Positions 54,246 to 64,000 of a stretch of DNA of 64,000 bases are shown in pieces. The DNA is taken from NCBI GenBank assembly GCA_964016885.1, contig OZ024743.1, forward strand, positions 198,896,001 through 198,960,000. The letters run 5' to 3'. The position numbers and the translations under genes are program-made. Under the pieces are notes generated by a model. The model was not told the DNA's origin. It saw only the letters and a list, made by a program, of their open reading frames with translations, and searched no databases. This DNA is from Eledone cirrhosa (Eukaryota). The first letter of the stretch is position 1; the number at the start of each line of letters is the position of its first letter.

Positions 54246-57089
54246 TCTTTCTTTAATATTTACATTGAATAAATTATAGTCTTTTATGTGATACTCATTG
54301 TTTCTAGTAATACGGGTTAAATATGCCAGTGCAGCAGACCAGTGCTCTTACGTAGTGCCATTGCGTTAATGCATTCAAGTTCTATCTCATTAATTACATG
54401 TTTATTCTCGTTATAAAATTAATTGAACATTCTTTGTAATCTTGGATTGTTCTCACATTTTCTCTGTACACTTCAACATTTTCCACCACACCATCACTTG
54501 TCATTTATACAATGAAGAAGAAATTAATTCCATTGATTCAGCCATCGTTAGCTCTATCTAAGTCAACGTTAACCTCTTCTAAGACCCTATACAATGAAAG
54601 AAGCAACAGATATAATGAGGCAAAGAGAACATCAGAAGATCGAGAAATAATATATCACTTGATGGCAACTGGTCTGCACAAGAAGATTCCAGTCTAAAAT
54701 CCATTAAGCAAGTATTTACAATGTTATTGATTGACAGACACATCCGTCATGATGTCATTATAACAAACGAACCACAATGCAGCTAGAATCTAAAAGCTGA
54801 CTCTGGTACGTGTAAAGGTGTTGTCTGGCTGATAATCAGTGTGCTAGGGGACGAAACTACCTATCGTACACAACAAGTTGATTTATGGACTCTGTAGGAA
54901 AGGCTAAGTTCGCTTTACAACCATTACAACGTAGTTGGGTGTTTTTTCTTCTTTTGTTGTTGTTGTTTTTTTCTTCCTCTTAAGTAGCCTTTGTTATAAT
55001 ACGATTATGTGTCAGATTGCCGGCATCCAGTGCTACTAACTGTCTGCCATTGTTTGTCTCAGCTAAATCTGATCTGTTCATTTACCCACCTCAACGTTTT
55101 AGTATTTTCTCTATTATCTAATAGTGAGTGACCATTATTCATTGTTACTAGCTTCTTGTTGACACGCAGTGCCCTCTGACAGTTCAATTAGGAACTAGTG
55201 AACACCTGCTTCTTTTACATGAGCCTTATAGTTTTCTGTCTGAATCTTTTGTCATCATTAGCAAATTGTCAGTTGTTGTTACAAGCCTTTTCCAAAGAGT
55301 TGTTTCATAGACCAAATGAACACTGAAACATTTCAAATGTCTTTAGCTTGTATTAACGTTTCTAAACACCAGCCCCACCTTACCATTACCCCTGAAATCC
55401 GACATGAAACATCCCAACATTCAAACTAATATCCTTATTAGTGTCACAGTAGAAAAGAGAGAAATCTATTATTCATTCAACTGCGAGAGGTAAACCTATT
55501 TCAGTGCAATGAAGCAGTATTTATTATAAAGATGTTTAGGTAGAAGGATAGAAATGTGGAAACTTAATAGGGTATAACTGAAGTTATCTTTGTATATTAC
55601 TGGTATTTTATTGCTCCGTGGACGGATGAAAGACCGCATCGAACACAACAATATTTTAATATGAGAATCTCCTACAATTAGTGGATGGATGGACGAACGA
55701 ACCAACGGGCCCGTAACTCCTGACAGAGTCGTAGAGGCACCGTAGTTATATATACATTTCTTGAGCATTTAAACCTGGTGACACCCAGCTTTTCCCTTTT
55801 TGTACGCAGCCAATTTCTTCCAGAGAAGGAGGGATAGAGAGTAATGAAAAAGAAGTGAGAAAGAGATATAGGGGAACAAATCTACCTTAGTATTTTACTG
55901 GTATTTTACCGACCTCGAAAGGATGAAATGCAAAGTTGACTTCGGCAGGATTTGAACACGGCAAGGCAGAGCCAGAATGTATTCTTCGCATCAGACTATC
56001 CGACGTTCTAACATTCCAAATTCACCGTCTATATTTCCTGTGAAAGTAAAGGGAAATAATCAACTGTATCTAACACAGTATATTGCTGGTACATATTTGA
56101 GTACATATTTGAATACACTCGGATGGGGATGGAATTTAAAATTGACTTTGCAGGATGGAATATAGAACGTAGAAGAGTGAAAGTAAATTATCTAATACAT
56201 ATAAAATGGCATGAGTTAATGGTTAGAGTGTTAGACTCACGATCGTACGGCCATGAGTTCCTTTCATGTTGTTATCGCCATATATGTATACCAACTGCAG
56301 CCTGGCAGAGGGGACTCTGCCACAGATTGGGGTACCACTCACTTGACTGAGTCTTGTACTTTCAGTTTCTTAAACCAAGGAAACTTGGATAAGATATCCT
56401 CAATAATGGGAACAGCTACATAGGGTCGGTGAAGGAAAGCCCTCAAAACCTGGTTCACTCTAGCCAACAAGATTCATGATGAAAGTATACCGATTCAGTC
56501 AGGTCATGTCCACCTCTCTTACATATCTTTCAATAAAACTACAGGGTGATGAAGACTGTTACTATTGCTACTGGCAGCTGTTCCTGTTCACATTAGTGTT
56601 GTGGTGGCGTCGGCAGCAAGGGGTTTTACACTCCTACCCCACTTCATGTTTCAAAACCAGCACCAAAGCCATTACCAACACTACCACTACCACATCCCCC
56701 CGCAGCATCTCAACCACCAGCACCACCACCATCTCTACCACCTCTACTATTATTACCACTACCAATACCATCCCCCACCTCTCGCTTTTGGGTGGCTTTT
56801 CGACTGATAGTCCCTGGATTGAAATCATTAAATCATAACTTAAAGTTTCCTGTTGAAATAGGTTTAACTTCCCACAATTTCCTGCTAGGTATTATATACA
56901 GTTTGTATTCAACTAACACCAGAAAGGAAGCATATCTTCTTACATAGGTTTCAAAGAAAATGTTATCAACCGACAAACTCCTTTCTGATATCCTTTTATA
57001 AACATGTTAATAAATGCCAAACTATTTATTTTCACTATTGTGTGTATGTATATATATATACAGAGAGAGAGAGCGAGAAAGAAAGAGAG

Positions 57090-57140
57090 GAAAGAGAAAG
57101 AGAAATACATACATTACTACATTACATACACACATATATA

Positions 57141-57190
<50 letters not shown>

Positions 57191-57218
57191 TATATATATA
57201 TAGATGTGTATATATAGA

Positions 57219-57301
<83 letters not shown>

Positions 57302-57334
57302 CTATATATATATATATTCATCTATATGTATAGA

Positions 57335-57386
<52 letters not shown>

Positions 57387-57490
57387 TCTATATATACACA
57401 TCTATATATATATATTCATATATATATATATATGTATATTTTTATATATGTGTGTATGTAATGTAGTAATGTATGTATTTCTCTTTCTCT
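57090..57490. repeat. Inverted repeat around a TA-rich mosaic
   Basis: 57090-57150 / 57435-57490 (gagaaatacatacattactacattacatacacac and its reverse complement). Confidence 0.85.
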
Positions 57491-57530
57491 CTCCCCTCTC
57501 TCTTACATATATATATATACATATATATAT

Positions 57531-57573
57531 ATGTATACGTACATACATATATGTATACAGACGTACAGTAGTA

Positions 57574-57651
<78 letters not shown>

Positions 57652-57895
57652 TATACACATATGCATACAGGTACACATACATATATGCACGCATCAGTTT
57701 AGCCGACGTTTATTATAACGCCTGCTTTGTTCGTTTGTTTGTCAACAAATCGAACAGCCTGAATTTATGCCATACGGTATAAATTCAGGCTGTTCGATTT
57801 GTTGACAAACAAACGAACAAAGCAGGCGTTATAATAAACGTCGGCTAAACTGATGCGTGCATATATGTATGTGTACCTGTATGCATATGTGTATA

Positions 57896-57969
<74 letters not shown>

Positions 57970-58077
57970 TGCTACTGTACGTCTGTATACATATATGTAT
58001 GTACGTATACATACATACTTACATTTAAGTAAGTGCCATACTAAGAGTGAGAAATGAAATTTCGTTTTCATTCTTTT

Positions 58078-58083
<6 letters not shown>
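57531..58083 (+). mobile_element. Fold-back element with tail (PLE-like family 3)
   Basis: Near-perfect palindrome 57531-57768 / 57779-58010 plus a tail to 58083; paralog at 39340-39556. Confidence 0.6.
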
Positions 58084-58142
<59 letters not shown>

Positions 58143-58253
58143 TAAAAGGAATTCCAACTTTGTCTGATTTACTCGTTTTATTAACAATCCTTTAAAATTA
58201 TAATGATATTATAATGAAATAGTATGGTAGAATATTAAATGTTAAATGTTAAT

Positions 58254-58292
58254 TGAACAAGTACTTTCATGCTTTCGCAATCTTCAGGTTCA
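58254..58292 (-). ncRNA. Minimal type I hammerhead ribozyme
   Basis: Minus strand: ugaac CUGAAGA uugc-gaaa-gcau GAAA guac UU guuca; perfect 5-bp stem I, GAAA-tetraloop stem II, palindromic AGUACU stem III. Confidence 0.8.
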
Positions 58293-58347
58293 TATTCAGT
58301 GGTGACAGTCAAGTTAGCAATTTTCAACCGTCATAGTTGAAATTGTA

Positions 58348-58448
<101 letters not shown>

Positions 58449-58501
58449 ATATTGTTATACTTGTATATATATATATATATGTGTGTGTGTATGTGCATGT
58501 A

Positions 58502-58537
<36 letters not shown>

Positions 58538-58541
58538 TGTA

Positions 58542-58577
<36 letters not shown>

Positions 58578-58581
58578 TACA

Positions 58582-58617
<36 letters not shown>

Positions 58618-58629
58618 TACATGCATATA

Positions 58630-58679
<50 letters not shown>

Positions 58680-59089
58680 TATAAATCCCGCACACAGGCA
58701 TATATATACGTCCATACATACACACGCATATTGAATTCATACATGCATGTATAATTAATCATGCACTAAAAATGAGGCAGAAACTTAACAGCATAAAATA
58801 GTTTTAATTAATCACATAAAGTAAAAACTTTAAATTACAATTATTAAATAATATTTTGTAGTGATGTGACGAGTGAAAATTAATATTCCTTTTCAATGTG
58901 TAGTGGGGTGGAGGAAGGTTTATATTGGAATGGCTACTGATGGTGTTACACATCTCATTTGGGATGTTTTATCAAACAAACAGCTCTCCTCTAAAAAGAA
59001 AGAATAAGACATGTTTTATAGTCAGTATTATCAATTCGTAATTCATGATTATTGTAGATTCAAACAGTCTAAAAAGTCTTTTTCAAGCC

Positions 59090-59343
59090 ATAAGGCTCGT
59101 TAGACCGATGCTTATCCCGGTTTCGTGGCGTAAATCGACTGAAAATACAAGCCTTCCCCCTAGACATGACGTCAGTGCATCGCTGTGTTAAAACCCCACC
59201 TATTGCTGCTTCTCATTTTCAGCTGAGAATACTGGAACAACGTGAAGTTAAATCTGTTGCTCAAGAACACAACAGGCAACCCAGGCCAAGAATTGAACCC
59301 AAGATATTATAACCTAAGTCCAACACCCTTACCCCTAGGCCAC
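59090..59343 (-). mobile_element. CORE-type SINE
   Basis: ...cattttcagctgag..ctggaacaacgtgaa...ttgctcaagaacacaac; a second partial copy lies at 59560-59705. Confidence 0.7.
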
Positions 59344-60062
59344 GGGTCTGCCTAGATGTACTAATATAAAACTGTAGCAAATCTTTTATTTTCTCCTTGA
59401 TAAAACAATATAAATCATAAGCGAAGTTGTATAAGCAGACAGCCTTTATGACTTGCCAATGTTTTGAAATAATTTTAAATTGTTCACATATGCAGTGACA
59501 GTTATAATCTATACGTTTGTCTTGTAGTAGTCTAAAGTCTAAAGTTTGCTTCAAGAACGGAGGCTCATAAGACTGATGCTTATCCCGGTTTCAACAAGCT
59601 GCTAAGAGTAAAAGACTCTCCCTTCCTGGAGAGGACCCTAGTCCTTCACAGGGTTAAAATTAAAGCTGTTGCTGATACTCATTTTCAGCTGGGGCAAGGT
59701 GAAAAGAAGAATTTTAGCACAGCAAAAAGATATAAAACACTGCTGGTAACGCAGTAATTTATTTATTCATACTAACTGCTAAATTATGCGTCAAATATTC
59801 AAATTACCGTACCTAATTTAATAAAGCACTTAATATTGCTGGGTTTCAATACAGTTTTACCGTGACCAGTCAAAAACGGGGTAAGCATTTGCTGATGAGA
59901 CTATAAGCTTTCAAATTATAGCCGAGCCAATCCGTCTTTTTCTCTTCGCTATGATAATCTATAAACATATATATAGGACAGATTTACAACTTTCCAATGT
60001 ATTTAATTAGTTTTAATTAAGTTATTCATTAAGATTTGTTTTTATTCTGTTATATTAGAGCT

Positions 60063-60270
60063 GTGGATTGGTTGTATTGATAGAGCGTCGGGCACCGTCC
60101 TTTGTAGCATAGAGTTACGGCCTTTACGTTCCGATTTCAAATCCCACCGTGGTTAGCTGTGTCTTTCATTGTTACGGGATCAATGAATAAAGCATCAGTA
60201 ATGCACTGGGATCAATTTAATCGACTTTCTCCTCCTCCAAAACATTGTTGGCCTTGTGACTAAATCATTA
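60063..60270 (+). mobile_element. tRNA-derived SINE (main family), diverged
   Basis: Head, B-box-like and tail match. Confidence 0.8.
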
Positions 60271-60314
60271 CTATATCACGATATTTGATTATGATCGAAT
60301 GGATATACACAGAC

Positions 60315-60480
60315 ACGTGGATGACTGCGTGTTTAAAGTGTTCGCTATGCAGCTCCGCAGTTTCAGATTCAGTCCTACTGCGTGAAACCTTTTGAAAGTT
60401 ACTTCTACTGTAGCTAGGATTTGACCAATGTCTTCAAGGGAGAAAATGGTAGACGGAAACTGTGAGGAAACCTGTCTAAT
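60315..60480 (+). mobile_element. Diverged octopus-type SINE
   Basis: ttcagtcctactgcgtg...cttctactgtagc...ggtagacggaaactg, recalled as an abundant Octopus SINE. Confidence 0.6.
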
Positions 60481-60628
60481 GTACGTGTGTGTGCATGTTT
60501 ACAGTTTGTTTCGAAACGTAGCGGTTCGACAAATATAGATGAAAATAATTTTTACGAGACTTGACAAAAAGATATCAGAGAGAGTAAGTGTGTGTGTGCG
60601 TGTGTGTGTTTGTGTGTGTGTGTGTGTG

Positions 60629-60698
<70 letters not shown>

Positions 60699-61491
60699 CC
60701 AATTTGTCAAATCGGGTCAAGGAACCAATGTTCCATTGGTCTTTCTATTGCTGATACTATCTACAATTCCTGGCAGAAGGAGCAACGTGAAATAAAGTGT
60801 CTTGCTCAAGGACATAACGCATCGCCCCGTCCAGAAATCGAACTCACAAGCTTACAATTGTGAATCCAATTCCCTAACCACAAAACCATGCCCCTTCATA
60901 AAAGAGCTCGAAATGACTACATAACCGTAGTCTAAAGACAGAAAGCTTAAAAAGAAATATTGTTTGAAAAAAGATACGGGCAATTTTCATCGGTTTTCAG
61001 GCTTGTTTTCTTTAACAAATTAGTCTAAGATCTATGTTTATGTATTGTGTATAACTGTGTATAATATATATGTGTATTTGGGTATGTTTATAAGCAAGTA
61101 TAGCATGTATATGTATTTAAGTATGTGTATGTATAAGAATAAAAAGGTATAAAAAAGAAAAGGACGAAGTGGAAGAAGGAAAGATCATTCCAGAAGCTGA
61201 GTATTTTCAGAACGAGATAGGAAGAAGCAAATGTTGCTTCAATGGTTTGTTTATTGGAGACAAGCTGCTACGTAATAAATGTTTCAACAATTTTCTCAAA
61301 TAACCTTTTGTCTTTTGTGTCTCTTACTAATCTTTCAACTGAAGGAATGAAGTTACAGGACGAACCTCTTATGAACTCAGCATCTCATTCCACTGTCATT
61401 GACCTCAAGCATTCTCGTTCTTTCTTTCTTTATTTCTTCCTTTCTATCTTTCTTTCTTAATGTGATATATTTGCGTGCGTGTATGAGTGCG

Positions 61492-61519
<28 letters not shown>

Positions 61520-61522
<3 letters not shown>

Positions 61523-61705
61523 GGAAGCGGTAAAAACCAGCTAGACCATTAGTCACCAGAGTACTCGATACTTGGGGTAGTAGAGTGGGCAATATGAAAA
61601 ATTCGGGAACCTGACGGCTGAGCTCCTGCCGTTTCAACAGCTAGATCAGAACTGTAGTTGAAACAGCAGGAGCTCAGCCGTCGGGGTCCCGAATTTTTTC
61701 TATAT
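61520..61705 (-). mobile_element. PLE 3'-terminal remnant with hairpin (family 1)
   Basis: Tail plus arms around 61643-61655; contains gacggctgagctc; (TA)n flanks. Confidence 0.75.
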
Positions 61706-61744
61706 AAATATATATATATATAAATTAAGAAGAAACAGGGGCTG

Positions 61745-61788
<44 letters not shown>

Positions 61789-61799
61789 GAACGAGTAGG

Positions 61800-61895
61800 A
61801 CCCCGACGGCTGAGCTCAAGCCGTTTCGACGGCTAATTCTGGAGTAAATGAACATTTTTATCCTGGTATATGAATAGCCGAGCTTCTCAAGGGGT
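61800..61895 (-). ncRNA. Type I hammerhead ribozyme, U3-A8 core variant
   Basis: Minus strand: acccc UUGAGAA g-cu-cggcua-uuc..gaa-u-uagccg-u-c GAAA cggc-uugagcuca-gccg UC ggggu. Confidence 0.8.
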
Positions 61896-62648
61896 AATTC
61901 CATATATGGTAAAAGTGATTGTCACAAGGATTGGTCAAAAGTTTGTTGTTGAGACACATAATTCTATCATGGCAATTTGTGGAAGGAAGTGGTAGCTGAA
62001 CCTGCCAGAAAAAGAAAGAGGGAGAGGGGGTGGAGGAAACCCAGTCGTGCGTTGATAGTGCCAGCTACAGCTGGGTAGGAGGTCAAGGAAGTATACTAGG
62101 GAGGGGGAGGGGGAGGAAGTCGAAACAATAAGTAAAACAATATGGGGTAAATATATAGAAAAATACTGAGAATGTTAAAAAAACTATTAAATATAAAAAA
62201 AAACAAACAATTTCTGGTTACTATTTCTTAAGGACAGCTATCAAGTCTCTCACTGGTACTGCTAGACTAAAGAAAAGTTTACTAGGTGGGACGGAATTAT
62301 AATGAGACCCTATTAAGAGTTAGTAGTAATCACCCGAGTATATCTTACGGTGACGGGTCAATAAGTGTGGGGCAAGATACTAAAGAAACTACCACGAAAT
62401 AATAATTCTGAGTCCCGAGACTAATACGAAATAATTGTTTCTACCCTAGGCTCAAGGCCAGCAACCACCCTGTGCAAAAAATAAACTAATACGAAATAAT
62501 AATTCAGAATCCCGAAAAAGAATACTAATACTATCTCTAAGGGTGCCGCTACGATACAAAAATTCTAGTGAAAAATACATAAATGCTCGTACGAAGTATA
62601 TGAAAAATTTGATACGGAAAATTAATTCAGAGTTCCCCCCCCCCCCCC

Positions 62649-63191
62649 ATCAAACTCTCCTACAGCACCACACCAAACTTTGCACAAAACATCGTCTCCC
62701 CTAACAACAAAAAACTCAACCCCTATGGAAGAAATAACCTAAATAGCAGTGGAGAGCCGACCAGGAGGTGCAACTGTCCTGATGGATCCATTTTCCCCCT
62801 CAACAACAGATGCAGAGAGCGTAATGTGATCTACCAGTGCAACGTGAGGACGGACACCTCCAACAAAGCTTATATAGGATTAACCGCACGTTACTTCAAG
62901 ACCCGGCTATACCAACACAGACATACCTTCTGAAACCCGGCCCGGCGTCACGCCACCACACTTTCGGGCCACATCTGGGACCTCAAGGATAACAATATTA
63001 CCTATGATCTCACTTGGAGCTTACTGTCCAGAGCCAACTCTTACACGGGAGGACGCCGTCCGTGCAATTTCTGCTCGGAGGAAACTTTACAAATGCTGTT
63101 TTCGACGGACCAACTCCTAAACAAAAAAGATGAACTGGTAACTGCATGCAAACACAGATTGCGTAGGACTTACCTCAATATTACCCCATAA
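62649..63191 (+). pseudogene. PLE C-terminal GIY-YIG endonuclease (Neptune-like), disrupted
   Basis: IKLSYSTTPNF..(frameshift)..RCNCPDGSIFPLNNRCRERNVIYQCNVRTDTSNKAYIGLTARYFKTRLYQHRHTF*NPARRHATTLSGHIWDLK...WSLL...CNFCSEET...LLNKKDELVTACKH; stop at 62931. Confidence 0.9.
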
Positions 63192-64000
63192 TTACCGGGG
63201 GGGGGGGGGTAGACGAGGGCTGTAACACCCCACTTGCCGACTTTGTAATGGGTAACTCTTGCTTGCAAAGGTAGACGTAAGATCTTCTCTTCTTTTATAT
63301 CTTTTTATCGCTTCCTCTATATTTCCTTCTTCCCCCAATCCCTCCCTAGTCCTTCCACCCCAGTCCTCTTTCTTTGTCGTCGTCCTTTTCACTTTCTCGC
63401 CCACCCGAGGTAGCCCCTCGGTCATTTGTTGCCTCAGTACCCCCACCCCTTCCTCTATTCTATGATAGAATTGGCCGACTCCGCTTTTTATAGCAGATGT
63501 GATAGACCCCGGAAACTTGCCATCTTATCCGATGGCTGCCCCTTTTCCGTGCTTTCTACATTTCTTAGTGGTATCTTTGCTTTAATTTCTCGTATATCAG
63601 TATTTTTTTTTGGGGGGGGGGGGGGGGGAGACTCTGAATTAATTTTCCGTATCAAATTTTTCATATACTTCGTACGAGCATTTATGTAGTTTGCACTAGA
63701 ATTTTTGTATCGTAGCGGCACCCTTTAGAGATAGTATTTGTATTCTTTTTCGGGATTCTGAATTATTATTTCGTATTAGTTTATTTTTTGCACTGGGTGG
63801 TTGCTGGCCTTGAACCTAGGGTAGAAACAATTATTTCGTATTAGTCTCGGGACTCAGAATTATTATTTCGTGGTAGTTTCTTTAGTATTTTGCCCCCCCC
63901 ACTTGTTGACCCGTCACCGTAAGATATACTCGGGTGATTACTACTAACTCTTAATAGGGTCTCATTATAATTCCGTCCCACCTAGTAAACTTTTCTTTAG

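Larger units (their letters stand above)
61787..64000 (+). mobile_element. Penelope-like element, 5'-truncated with inverted pseudo-LTR (runs off window)
   Basis: 62267-62648 is the reverse complement of 63612-64000. GIY-YIG coding remnant lies between; the inverted pLTR ends in an HHR and (TA)n. Confidence 0.9.

Noticed and set aside
54300-55460. Possible decayed LINE coding sequence (also 10000-10500)
   Set aside because: Only vague motif hints; could not be supported by eye.

Overview
AT-rich, microsatellite-dense eukaryotic non-coding DNA (intron or gene desert), most likely from an octopod cephalopod judging by the SINE families. No intact host gene is evident, and almost all long ORFs in the track are translations of (TA)n, (CA)n, (CAT)n or (CAC)n repeats. 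Mobile DNA includes: ~20 copies of one tRNA-derived SINE plus CORE-type SINEs; a decayed 4-kb L1/Tx1 LINE with a ~105-125-bp flanking duplication; a Penelope-like element (PLE) with a GIY-YIG remnant and inverted pseudo-LTR; CRE and RTE fragments; a hAT-type MITE; a long-TIR element; a ~560-bp miniature LTR element; and a twice-paired family of structured 0.5-0.6-kb elements. The strongest hidden signal is a set of type-I hammerhead ribozyme (HHR) motifs, five near-canonical and about five degenerate. They sit in short islands or fold-back palindromes within microsatellites and can be tied to PLE termini; one has a U3-A8 covariant core. All RNA structures were folded by eye and protein assignments are by motif recognition, not database search.
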